Positions 13,315 through 26,828 of a DNA stretch of 64,000 nt are shown here, piece by piece. Made by a program: the position numbers and the translations under genes. The stretch's first letter is position 1; each line of letters opens with the position of its first letter. The stretch spans positions 20,832,001 to 20,896,000 of the forward strand of contig CM106585.1 of assembly GCA_048013815.1 (NCBI GenBank), given 5' to 3'. This DNA is from Setoptus koraiensis (lineage: Eukaryota > Animalia > Arthropoda). The notes under the pieces are model-generated. The model worked only from the letters and a program-made list of their open reading frames with translations. It made no database searches and was not told where the DNA came from.

Positions 13315-16300
13315 CGACGTTGACTTTGATCAATGCCTCATAATGTCGTTCCGTTAGTTGAATGGTTTTTGTTGCAACTGTCCACCCATTTGGTGCACCG
13401 GGTCAAGTAATGAATGGGAAGCTTTACGATGCAATCGTCGTAAAGCATGAGCAGCTGGCGCTCCCCATGGCTACTGTCACTGAATGTGTGTGCAATTGTG
13501 ATCATTATTTTATCACTGCAGCTCTGTCACAGATATAATATATGTAACTGTAAATTGGCCGCTATGTCAGGATCAGTTGGGATGCAATCAAATGAAAAGC
13601 GAGCGAAAGCGATAGGAAGGCGTCAAAGCTGGGTAAGGATTGTTGCGGAATTCATGTTCGCAAGTTGTTCGTTGTGATTGTAATTGCGTGTAATTGTCGA
13701 CGAGCTGTACAGTGTGACAATTCGGCAGGCCGCTCAAAGTTGTTTGTTGTTGTTGGTGGCTGCGTTGCGACCATCACTCATTCGGAATATTCGGGCAGCA
13801 GTTCGGGCTTGGAACGAATTTGCGGTATCGCTCCAGTATCAGTTCCAATTTGTTGCGATAGCTTCTTTTTTGCGTCTGTTCGTGGTGCCATTATCGTCTA
13901 TCCTGTCTGTACATGAGAATTGATGTTATTACACCGACGGCGAGCGACACACAGACAGTTACTGCTGCTCATGGCAATCAAAACAACAAATGATCAGACT
14001 GCTAATGATGGCGCGCCGTGTCGGTGATATATCCCCTGGCAATAACTGGCTAATTACATCACATCGCATTTTTGTTGGTTTCGCAGAGCGTTGTTGCCGT
14101 CGTCGTCGTTGTTGTTGTCGTTGTTGCTGTTGCCGCCGTTGCAGCAGCAAGACAAAAGGGCCCGGCGGCAACTTTTGCCAGCGCCCGAGACTCTTCAAAA
14201 GCCGCCGCGCGACTTGTTTCTTTTCTTGGGCTCACTCCGGTCGTCGTGGCCTCTTGGCTCGCCCAATGATGCGATTGTCGGCGGCGTTTGTTCGGCTTGT
14301 TTGTTTGTGCACGCTCGCTGCTGTAACATTTATCCGGATGTCGTGTTACGGCCAGAAATAGTAGCCGTTCTGGCAGTGGCACAATTATTATTGCAGAAAC
14401 AATTATTTATTTATTCCGTCCGTCCGTTCGTCCGTCCACTCGTTCGCCGGTCCGTGCGTCCGCCGGTTGCGCGTCCGCCGACCCGTGGAGGGGTGACGAT
14501 GGCGCAGCTATGCAAACAGATCGCATCCGACGCTATTATTCGCTCTTTTGTTCTCCATTATGCATTCTACATTGTGCATTCAATTGCCTCTCTCTGCACA
14601 TTCGATCCGCGCAACTTGCACCAGCGCTCCACGCCGCAATCCACAAACGCGCATTACCGACTCCTGCATCACAGACTCTGCGATCACTCAGCGATACTCT
14701 GCGGTACTCGGCCAACCCTGTTGCTCGGGGCGGGCTGCGTTGGGTGAAAAAGTTCGACACTTTCGTTCGATGTGTGATTGTTGTTTCATCGTGCGAATGT
14801 GTGTGTGTGTGTGTGCTTGTGAAGCGAGCACGCGCGCCAGTCAAGATGGCGCCCGCCAACGAAATGGAGCGCATCGCGCAAGCCAGCAAACAGGCACTTG
14901 GAACTCGATATGGAAAATCGAATTAACTCGACACCAGCTACTGTTGCCACAGTGACAAAGCCGCTCCTAAATTCCACTGTTTATGCGCTCACAACTGTGT
15001 GTCAGCAACTAACGAGATTTCTCAAGTTGAGGATGCGCAAGTCTCAAATCTCAAGTTGCTAGCAACAATTGAGCGGAATTGGCAGCCATTGTTGTGCACT
15101 ATGCCAGTTGAGCGAGGTATAGGCCGGCCACGGTTGCTGTGGCGTAGTGACGCAGTGCCGGCAACAGTGATGGATGGCACGCGCTCTATATGCGCGCGAT
15201 CAAATATTCGCATTCTCTAATCATCACACACACACACACGATGACGACACACACACACACCAACACTAGTTGTAACACTATTAACTAGCCCAAAAGAGCA
15301 GCAGTGAGATAAGTGTGCGCAACTAACACAAACACAATTGCAGTTGGCATGGTTAAAACAAAATGAGACAATGAATGGTTTCACTGTATCACCCATTTAT
15401 ACAATGACCAAAGCTTGTCCGAATGCCGCTTCCTCTCTCTGCACAGCTGAAAGCCTTGTGCCAACACTCGGCGCATGATGTGCGCAAATACACATCAACC
15501 AAACTCTCACTGCCGGGCCCGGCAGCCTGTGTTTGGCGAACAGATGTTATGTATGGTTTATTTAAGCGAGCGTACGATGGTCGGTTGTGACGCGCTTAGA
15601 AACATTTTGCTGGACGTCTGACGAGCAGATTGCAATTGCTGCTGCCGCTGCCGCCTGTCCAGCCATCAACAACTGCAACAACGGCAATAACAGCAACAAC
15701 AGCAACAACAACAACAACGACCACGACGACCACGATAACAACTTCTGCTTCTGTTGTTGCCTCGTGCCGGCCTAATCAAGCAACCATTGGATCCCGTCGT
15801 CTTCTTATCATTATTGATATAATGCTTATTATTTAGTATAGTGTAATAACGGCCAGTTTCAACTGTCCAATTAAGATTCATGTTGCGATAAATGATTATG
15901 TTTAATAACCCAATCGGCTTATTCTCCTAATTGAAGACAACAACAACAATAACAAACAGACGCTCGCCCTCACTCTCTATCACTACATCTAGGCGCGCGC
16001 GCGCGCGGAATAGAATCGTTGCAAAGCGGCCATTCACGATTTCAATTTAACTTTTACGATTTCCACACTAACATTACAATTATCACAGACGGAACAACAA
16101 TAACATGCCATATAATTCTATTTATATCCGACGGCAATAAAAGAGCTTGCCTTGCCATTTAAATAAGACAGCTGCTATGCAACTACTACCACTAACTAGC
16201 AATCAGGAGGGCTATCACTAGGAGAAATTTAGCTTACCTGTTGTCCATCTTTGAACCATGTAATCTGGCGAACATCCTCGTCCTTATCCTTGTCCATCAG

Positions 16301-16410
16301 ATAGTGGCAAGAGAGCAGGCCCGATTCGCCTGCGAAGGCATAGGTGGTTTGTGGTCGGCTAGACTTTCTGACGATAAATCTAACATGGTCTACAACAATG
16401 CAATCGGTCA
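11010..16410 (-). CDS. Two-Ig-domain cell-surface protein, Beat-like architecture, probable GPI/hydrophobic C-terminal anchor (signal-peptide exon not located)
   Basis: Phase-consistent exons 16410-16238, 12924-12637, 12192-11319 and 11200-11010. Ig1: LLSCHY..ITWFKDGQQ|VFREIK..HGKYTCHI. Ig2: LHCPGMFP|RPVPSCGLWD..HTYTVSY..FKC. These are followed by an S/T/E-rich stalk and the tail NNGG..TGIFFLTMMNSVLYLFYF. The Beat family assignment is inference from architecture. The last acceptor (11201) is the best in-phase choice. Confidence 0.75.
13261..13314. repeat. (AG)n microsatellite
   Basis: Seen directly, ~27 units, intronic. Confidence 0.95.
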
Positions 16411-19400
16411 CTACTCGCGTGTCAATGAATTTGTTTCACATTATTTGTTGTACCAGAGATTCGGTAGTGATTCATTGATTTGCATATCAACGCAAACATT
16501 CGCATGGAATAGGGAGCAGCACAGTGATCGATTGCAACAATCGAACGATAACAATAATATTCGCGAACCATGGTGTGACCGACAACAAAATGTGTGTATC
16601 GCAAACATTGAAAGCGGAAACAGTTGAAACATTGTGTTATTTGAAGTTTGCCAAAAATGTTGACCATTCGTTCAACGAGCATTGGGTGCATGCATATTGT
16701 TTCGTCAATAATAATGTTCCACACATGATGAAGTGCATGTGAAATGAGTGGGTGTTTTTGTAGGCGCGCATCATTCACAGTTGTCGGCATTTTGGTTGTG
16801 GTTCATCGATTTTGTTGTTCCCAGTTTATGCAATCAATTATATGTACGATAGTGGTGGACGCAGTAGCAGTTGCAGCAGATAGTAGATTCACGGTGGTGG
16901 GTCGCACAATTATTATAAATGGAAGCAAACAAATGTTGTTGGTTCAGCGTGTAGCCATGAGAAGCAGATGCACATTATACAGATTTCAATATCCCGAAAG
17001 GACCGGAATACATTTATGTATTTTCGGACATCAGTGTGTTTGCAACAATAGTGCACGACAGAGCCATTGCGAACATTTTGTACGATTCGTTTCGGTACAA
17101 TTTAATGGTTAATTAAATTTCCGAGGATAATTTCCAGAGTTTTTCAAATGTGTGTTTGTGTGTTTATGCGCCATCGTCATGTGTGTTCACATCATGGTTC
17201 CGAATATTGTCATGAAGAGATGGCAGTACAAAAATGGGTGATGGTAAAGATAATGTTATAAGCATTAAATGAAATGGAAATATATATATTTTAATTGAAT
17301 GAGTGCCACTAGCCCAGTCATCAGTGTCAACAGACTTGTCTATAAAACCTCAAGATCTGACCAAATGGTTCATTACGCAATGGAGACCACCACAATAAAG
17401 ACAAGAGATTTAAGCCACACTAATGCACAGGGTGAACGGTCTTTGTGAGAGCTCGCTATTAGCTCGCTAAGGCCGATTATACTTTAAGTGTATAAATAGA
17501 TCATGAGAAACATCAATTTCAAGCAGATTATTCTGACAGCCTGCGAGTGGGCCGTAGCTTATTGTAATGATAGATACCATTAGCTGACATTTAGTCTGTG
17601 TGTGTCTTCTAGAGTTGTTTGTTGATGCAAACTTCTCTTGATAGATTGTTGCTTGTTATTGTGTGAATGAATAACCGCACAACATAACGTTGATGGTAGT
17701 ATATTGAGAACCATTAGTTGGCTTATTGTAGTGTGGCAATCTATAGAAGTTGATTGGGAGATATTTGCACATTGATGCAGTTGATGGTTATCTTGGCTCG
17801 TCAAGTTCATGATTTAGTGAGTGCGAAAGAGAGACAGAGCCTTGATCAATTAGTGAATTGATCCGCTCACAGACTCCCTGCAATGTAAGTTAGATGTCAA
17901 GCTTCTCAACAAGTAGTACTGATGGCCATGATGATCCACGCTGACGTACTATGAGATAGTGAGCGCTATGAATGCTCTTGGTTCGAAATGGTTAGGCGTC
18001 AAATTGTTAACATTGCCAATTAGCTGAGTATTCTATGATAATATTATAATTGTGTTTACTTATGATTATATATTCTAATTTTTTCTTTCCCACCAGCATG
18101 CAGCAATAAATGATAATGAACACAGATAAACATTAAGTTTTCAAAATAGTCAACTACAGATGGTCTCTCTAACTCTCCTAGATAACACGCCGGGTTTTTC
18201 GACCAGTGCTTACACCGCCACCACAGGCCTCCGTCTCTGCCTCAGAATAATAATAATGCCACCAATATAGCAAGAATGACCTAGTTGAGATATGTTCGTA
18301 TAGTCTATTGCTTTTCAGGCCAAACAAAGATAGATGGCTTGCGTGGGTTACGTAAGAGAGCAGCATGATCTTATCTATTCTCGCTTCATGGTTAAGCTCT
18401 CAATTTTACACTGATAACTAGCCAATTTTTCCAGACTCATGGTACCTCTTTTCAGCCTGATGGACATGTGAATATTCCGAGATTTCTAAATCGATAAGTT
18501 GATCGAGAAGAAGACTCCTCTATCTGTTAAACAATCATACGCTAGATTGTTAACGAAATATTCTTACAATGATCGTTTTCACAGAATATGCTTTCATTGA
18601 GTAGTGGTCTTGCTCTCAACAACGCTTACTTTTCAAGCCTTGACTGATTGATGTTATAATCTACATTATGGCGCATGATTGATGAGCAGTAAGATCTTAT
18701 CCAAGAATGACGATGGACAACAACAAGAGTGGACCATGATGATTATCATGAGCTGTCTTTCATATTTCTGCCACTTCTCATTAACTGTTCACATTATACA
18801 ACTGTGTGCATTGTACATGAAACAATACTATTATGATAAAATTGTGCAGTGTCTAAAAGGCAGCTTTCCCCAAATCTTATCAAACAGCTCAGAGCGTGTC
18901 CTCATTGAAGACAAGTGACGATCAATAGTTTTATCAACAGCAACAGCAACGTTTGCAGTTGCTCAGCTTTTCTTAGTCATAATAATAATGATAAACTCAA
19001 TTATATATGAAACTCACATGGAGTAAAGATGATCCTCATTCAAGTATCGCTGCCTGAAAGAGACACCATGAGACACTATGAGTCGCAGCGGTAATAGTTG
19101 GTTGAACGCATGTTGCTGTTGTCGTTGATGATGGCGTCGCTGAGATAATTGACAAAAGCGATTCATTAAGATGACGGCGTCTTTAACTTGCGCCCAATCT
19201 TCGCAATCTAATATTGCAGCACATATAAAATCAGCAAAGTTTCGTTGATCAACAAGAATCATCTGCTGCAGCTATGGCACGCCAGATATGTCGTGTCACT
19301 AAAAATTCATTGCTTTAGCTCTGCTGTGATGGTATGGCACATTTGAAAACTACAATTGTGCTGACAGCGGTATAATCTAGTATATTTGCCATGAAAACAA

Positions 19401-20439
19401 GCACGTACTTGGTATACAATAGTGATTGAGTTAAATGAAATGTCTTTGTGATGACACCGAAAATACTCACAAACATACAAAAGGCCCAAGGTCGTCTCAA
19501 TCAATCTCGTAGTTACAACACAAATGTGTTGTTTGCTCTGATTAGTTGTTTTAAACAAAACGAGAAAAACATGGCCTTATCAGCCTCTCTCTCTCTCTCT
19601 CTCTCTTATGTGACAATGATTCTCTGGCAAATGATGCACTGTTTGTGCGAGGGAACCGCAGTTTACTGTAACCTAACAGTCTGATACTCGACACTTAGAC
19701 ATCGCGAGTAGAAAAGATAGGGTTGAATTAATTGTTAGACTGCAAGCACTTTCTTGTTGTTTGCTAACAAGCAAGTGGTTATAGATAGACAGCAAAAATA
19801 TTACATTACTGCTAATAATAACAATATCTAGTATATATGAATGGTGTAATAATAATGTTTGTTTAGGAGGCTACAATGGCATCAGAGCAAGCAGCAACTA
19901 GAGCACACTCAAATTTGATGGGTATTGTTATTGTGCATTGTGTGGTATGCCGGCGAAAGTGATATTGCTATTGTTTTTGTTGTTGTTCGCTACTTACCAT
20001 TGACTAGAGTAAATATACTATGTACAATAATAATTATTATAAAGCACATTAATGCTATTGGTGGTCGTTGTTGTTTGTTTTGCGATGACATATTTGGTCT
20101 TTGTTGTTGAATTCTGCACTCAATCTTCATTCTTTTGTTTTTGGTCCCACTTTTGAATGCTTCATTAAATTCTGCTAGACAGTGACAGCGTGCGTCGACA
20201 GCACCGCTGCTCTCTCTTGGTCTAGCCGACATTCGGTCTTTCTTCTATACAGTGTTCGTGTGTGTGTGCGCGCGCGAGCCGAGAAAGGTGCCCGAGGTCT
20301 CATAAAGCTGCTCGATTGGAGCCTTTTTGATTATAAAGATTTTCTAGGTTTGCGGTGGCGATCATAGAAGGGTCTGGGGTTTCTTCGATGGCGCATAGTG
20401 TTTGTTAAATTAACAATATATTTGTAGAGACAAGCCACG

Positions 20440-20441
<2 letters not shown>

Positions 20442-20472
<31 letters not shown>
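20442..20472. repeat. (GT)n microsatellite
   Basis: Seen directly. Confidence 0.95.
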
Positions 20473-20476
<4 letters not shown>

Positions 20477-23400
20477 AGTGTATACTGAACAAAGGCTTCT
20501 AGTTGTGTCGCGCAGCCCAATGGTGAGGTATGCGCTTTTAGGTTGTATAGGGGTCGCGCGTCGCTATTAATCTCCAGTGTATGTGTGTTTAGGAGTCTCT
20601 TCCGCGTTGTCGCTTATTGCATGGACTGGCATAGAGTAGGCTGGAAATAAAGGCGCAGCAAGTTGGTGTGGCCCGTTTTGTACAACAGCAAAGTGATGGT
20701 TGTATGTTGTTACGCAACGACGGTGCTATGTGTCTCGATGTTGCCTGCTAGCTGGCAGGTGACTACTATAGCCGTGTGTACATATACAGTTGGAATAGGA
20801 GAAATGTCGGTTGCATCGACGACAGAAATATGCTTGTGCGTATGCGTGTAGTGCGTGGAATCAGTTTACCAGTTGAGGTTGGTGGTTTGTGGTAAATAGA
20901 TCAAATAACTTCATTAGCGATCACAATTAAATACTTGCTGCTTGAGTGTGCATGTAGCTTCATGTGCCAATGGGGTGTCTACAAAAATATTTTTATCATA
21001 AAATTATCAACTCGTATATCTTGATGAGTGGTTGTCTGTGTGGTGTGATTTAAATTAACGCTCTCTCTCTCTCACTTTACTGATGATTCGACGACATTCT
21101 GCTGCGTTGTGTTGTTTTATTGTGTGCCATTTGTCACAAATTATCTGCGTTTACATCTGAAGATGATACCATTGCGGCTCGTTTTCCTCATGAAGCTGCC
21201 ACGAATAATGATGATATAAATGGTGATGATAATAATAATAGTAATAGCAGTAATAATGGCACCGATTACAGCATTGACGATATACGATATATAAATATAT
21301 ATTTGATTCACTAGCGTAAGGCGGCGATAGATGCAACTGCTGCAATTCGGTGTTGTCCGGTTCGGCGTTCGCGAGCGTGTGGTCGTGGCGAATGCGTGCT
21401 CGTCAATAAATTCGAACGTTTGTCGAACTTTCGCCACGATCCGCATGCAAGAGCGAACTCACTCACACACACACACACACAAATCATGAGAATAGAATTG
21501 TTGTTGATGGCAGTCACAGCTCGCTCGTTGTGAGTGTATCTCAATGCCCAAACTATCGAACTATCCCCCTGTGAACAACTCGTGTGCGCATGCGCTCAAT
21601 CAATTGAATACAGGCCGCCATCGGGCCGAAAGTTCGATCGCGCACACAGCGCGCTCTGTTGAACTGTTCAACTTGAACAGACCGTGTTGAAAGGAGCACA
21701 CAATACTGGCACATCCGTATTTATTGAATGCAACCAATCCTGGCCAGAGCCGGGCGACATCTGGCGCGCGCACTTTCAATGCAAACATACAGCCTGTGTT
21801 GCATAAGTATATTATTTGGAATAGTGTAATGCAATGGCCATGAATTACATGTGTGCATGGTGACTTTTTTGCCGCACAAAATTTTAGTTGAAACGCAAAA
21901 GTTTGGATGGCGCTCCAGTGCAATCAGTTAATGTGACCCAGATATCGGCCGATAACAGCTCGGCCTCGCCTAATGTCGCTCGCCCGATATCGCTCGCCGT
22001 ATGTCGCTCGCCCAATGTGGCTGGCCGCTTTTTGCAACTAGTTTCCACGGCTGCTATAGGCTGCAGCAAACGGCACAGGACGGTTGGGGCCCTATAGTCG
22101 CTGGAACGGTTCGAGTCGAGCTGTACTATGAGTATGTCATGCAGAGGCGGCCAGTTCACACGTTCACGGGATTCGCACACCATGCGACGCGTAGGGAAAG
22201 AGAGCATTCGCAGAGAATGGAGGCAGGATTGAAAAAAGCGCCAACGTTCGCGCCATCTATACGGCTCGCCGGAGGGCAATGGAAACACACACAATTAGTC
22301 AAGCGGTTTATTTGAACTAAAAACCATGTGCCACAAGTGGACAACGGCGGGCGGGCGAGCGGGCGGGCGGGCGAGCAATGGCGCCATGATGGGCACTCGC
22401 AAAAGTTGTCAAAGTTGCGGCCGGCGATAGTGTGTTTTGCGTACTATTGCGTAGTATGTGTGTTGCATGCGATATTCAAATGGCACCTCGCAACTCCATG
22501 ATAAGCTTGTGCCGGCTCCGATTACGCCGACTGATTATGTTATGTAAGATGACGATATCAGCTGTGTCATATTAGTAGTGTGATGTGCGTCAATAGTGCG
22601 CGCAGCAACAAACAAATAAACAACAAAGGCAATGGAAACTGGTGCGTCAATACTGTTGACTCACCACTGTGCGCCGCTTATTTGACCTTTCGATTTTCTG
22701 GTGCACACACATATATCACACATATGATACAAATAGCCATGGGTGCTATGTGCGCCATATAGTATGTGGTGCGCCATAGCCATATAGCACCCATGGCATT
22801 TTTAGCTAGAGAATCTCTGGCAGAGATGTGTGTGCGTGTGCGCGCGGCCCGGTGTTGTGCGCGGCGCGCACAGGCACGCCAATGGAAACAAAAATGACAA
22901 CAGTGGATGGCAAACAAACAAACAAACAAACAAACAAACAAATGGCTATGGAAAACCTTCAAATGTTCCATCTTCTTCCCCTTTGGATTAGATAAGAAAG
23001 TGGTGGTGGCGGCGATTAGAAGAAAGGGAGAGTGGAAAATTACCCAGCAGTCATTAGTCAGCGAGTTCAAGTATTCGTTGGAGCCTACTGCATTTTGCCA
23101 CCCATGGCACCAGCGCCACAATTGTTGTAGGCGCTGTGATATATGCCGTGATACATGCTGTGATATATATATATATATTCTGTAGCATAATGCCATTGTG
23201 CCATGCAATGCATTAGCTGGCTGATGATTAGTTTTCGCGAAACTAATCAACAGTAATTAACACGCAAATACACACATGTGACTGAATGGCAATGGATCAA
23301 TCACTCGCACAAGACAGGAGACACAAGATATATATTTGTGGTGGCGACAATGAAAGGCGCCAGCCAGTAATTGGCACTATCGATCGGGGGTAAATACAGA

Positions 23401-24457
23401 AGATATAAATAAAAAAAGAAGAATAAGAAGATAACGATGGTGAGATATTGTTGTCGAGCCAACAAAAGTGAACAAGACAGACAGACAGAGACTGACTTAT
23501 GATCGAATGTCTCGCTACACTTCTGCTGCCGACGCCGCTACTAGCATAGTCGTCGCCATTGTTGTTGATTGATTCCTTCAGCCTGCCATCGGCGCATACA
23601 CTTGACAAGACTCGCTCGGCGTATAGAATAAGTGCAAGGCATAAACAAGCGAATTTGTGCATAGCAATTGTGCAATTGAGCTGTCTGTGTGTATCATCAA
23701 CTAGCTAATTAATGCTATTATCTCCAACTTAACCAAATGTATATCCCTATAAATCTTCGTAAGCAACAACAAATAACAATCGGCAGACAGTGCTAAGTAG
23801 ATAAGTATTCCTATCTTGCCAATAGATGACACACACGCACTGTCTGCAGCAGACACAGATGATGTTGACAATTAGTGAGACTTAATTGATTAGATTGAGT
23901 ACAAACACACTAAATAATAATAATCATAATAAAAATAAAAATTTTTTCTCCAACTAATCAACTCACTAACTAACTAACTGACTGTCAGTGATAGTGGTAA
24001 AGATCTTTTGTGCGATACTGCTGCGTGTTATATAAAGCCTTCGATTGGCAACTGACAAACTATCAAACATCTTTTGCTACGTGATAGACAAAACCTAAAC
24101 CAAAAATAATAATAACTTGAATTGCTTGTTAGTATTGCTACAACAACAATTGCCTAATTGGGTTGTCATTGTCCACAACACAAATCGCTCGTTCACTCAT
24201 CAATTGCATCACGCATCGCTTTAATTAACACCAGTGAATTAAATTGACACATGTTTTCAAAGAGTTCAATTAACACAGTCGACAATATGGACAATTGGTT
24301 GCCAACAACAGTATCCCAAATGTCAAATGAACGCCAATCAAGAGAATCGCCCCGAGAAAGACAATTCACTTTTGCCACATGTTGCTCCAAATGTGCCCCA
24401 AGATTAACCAGACGACCTATATCGATTAGCGCCACAACAACAACAAAATCCAGATCA

Positions 24458-25829
24458 ATGTTTCTTAAATCATCAGTATTAGCAGCCTTCACATTGGTAG
24501 TGATTAGCACACTAACGGGCCTTGAGGCTCAGGGAGCATCGAGAAATATGCATCAGATTAGCAAACAAACCAATCAATGTAAGTAACCCTTTCTTCTGCT
24601 ACTTTTCTTCTAATTACAACTAAATCAAGTCAATTCCAAACTAACTGTGTGTTATATCAATGTCTTGTTCTAATCTCGCAAAAACCAACTTGGTGTATCT
24701 ACTGGTGTGTGTGTGTGCAGATTTTCTAAATGAGTTTTGCGACCTTCAATCAAAGACGCTAAGGAATGCGAAAAAGTTTAAAACAAACCAAGAAACATAC
24801 TCCATATTTCTCACATCAAAAAATTCCCTCAGCTCTGTAAGAGTTTTACCCCAGAAATCAACTAGACCCGGTCCGGCCTCCTCCATGTCGTTTGGTTTTG
24901 GTTCGAGCGAACAACAAGAACTACAAACAAACGGCTCATCCGCAAACCGAACCCTAACGCCGCCCCATGTGCCTATTCTGAAACAATTAAATTGTTCCAT
25001 AATTGTTGTTGCTCCACGCTCCTATGGACTACTGGTAACTGTCAACTCGGTTGGTCTGCCTCAAAATCACGCTAAATTGGGTATTACATTAAATCATGAC
25101 TCACAACACGCTCAAAGTATCAGCTTGGATGGTGACATAACATCGGGCAAATACCTGTTGACGCAATCGGCCAATTCAAAGATTGCAATCAATTTGCAAT
25201 CGTTCCAACCAATTGATTGGTCCAATGTCAGCTTCGATATTCTATTCACTGTATACAGAAGCAAAGAAAACAGCACTGGCTGCCCCAATAAGTCCTGGTT
25301 TGACTGTGGTGAAAATATTTGTGTGCCTAGCTCGTTAGTTTGCGATAACAATCGTAATTGTCCCAATGGCAACGATGAGATGATCTTTTACAGATGTTAT
25401 TCACCATTGTTTTGGTCCATCATGGCCTCGACAATGTTGGCAATTGTCATTGCCATACTGATAGCAATTGTCATTATGGTGTTCAGACGTAAGATACACA
25501 AAGAAAAGTTAGCGTCACAACATTTCTCAAATGGTCTATTGAAGGCCGGCAGCGGAGATATGGACAACATTAGTAAATTAGATTGTTGCTTACATAATAA
25601 TTTACATTATCAACCACAGCAACACAATCTAATCAATAATCCAAATAATGGTTATTTGAGTGACAATCTAGTCGTTGGTGGTTTTGAGAATCCCGTTTGG
25701 TTACACACAAATACATTGACTAAACAGCAATCGACATCTTATCAACAACAGCAACAACAGCAGCACCAGCAACAACAACAGCAACAACAACAAACGTCAA
25801 AATCAACAACCAGGCATGTAGTGGTGTAA
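24458..25829 (+). CDS. Type I membrane protein with CUB-like region, one LDL-receptor class A repeat and a Q-rich tail
   Basis: Exon 1 24458-24578 (signal peptide MFLKSSVLAAFTLVVISTLTGLEA; donor GTAAGT) is in phase with exon 2 24721-25829. LDLa: CPNKSWFDCGENICVPSSLVCDNNRNCPNGNDE. CUB-like: LNCSIIVVAPRSYGLLVTV..FDILFTVY. TM: IMASTMLAIVIAILIAIVIMVF followed by RRK. Confidence 0.85.
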
Positions 25830-26828
25830 TCGTGTAGTTTGTTTGCCTTTTGTCTGGGCGTCGTATCCACAATCATCACCACCATCTCATAGCTGCAATT
25901 ATTATCATTACGGTAATCTGAGCCTTCCGCATCAACATTGAATTCTATCCAATCTGTATCCATCTCTATAGGAAATATAGAAAAGAATATATCCATTGAT
26001 TGATTCATTGATATATGTATATATATCAATATATTTGTTGGATAATCAAAAATGTAAATACTATTATATAATATCAATGATGAGCGATCAAGTAGTCATG
26101 TACATGCGATGTAATGCATTGTTATCATCCACAAGTATTCGCAACTATATAACATGTGAAACATAAGTTGCAACAATATAAATAACAATAAAAAACAATC
26201 ACCAATTATAAATTAATTAAACTAAACCGATACTAGTTCACAAGTCGCAACTCAATTAGTGTCAATTTGACGACACGTTATACACACGGCCACCTTGACT
26301 CCATATCGCACACGGCTTGTGATTGTAACTGGCTAAGCGAATAATTATAGTTAATTAACATCTCAGACACTAATGCTCGCAGATCAGTAGATTATGGATT
26401 ATTCATGCGTAAATGAGCAGAAATTGATGCTACTTATCATAGGGTTTGTAGCCTTTCTAACTATTTTTATGTGTAACTATGGTAGGCCAAATATTCTCTA
26501 CAGGTGGTATCATTTCTAATCATAATTTAGCGGAGCCACCTACTTAGCCGTCTGGGTAGTTTTTTTATGGCACTGAGATAATTGATGATTCCAGATAAAT
26601 TTCATTGTGTCACAACTACCTGTTGTCCAAACTACTGGCAACCATGTCATGCCACATGTAATAGCTATGATTGAATAGACTTCGCTTATTGAAACCATGA
26701 TTCTGTCAAATAGAGAGCGAAAATCAAATAGCAAACCAGTGAACTGAAATGATTCATATTCACATAATAGTATATTTTCAGCAAGACGTAACTAACTATT
26801 CATTCTAGTTACTCTGGTGAAAAACAGA

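Noticed and set aside
13261-14855. Polycomb-response-element idea from (GA)n plus a YY1/Pho-like CAAGATGGCG at ~14842
   Set aside because: GA microsatellites and GCCAT words are too common in this window to be informative.
13400-15900. Many 60-220 aa ORFs on both strands
   Set aside because: Intronic, low complexity, mutually overlapping, and without domain motifs or splice support.
15993-16007. (GC)n tract, potential Z-DNA
   Set aside because: Short simple repeat with no further evidence of function.
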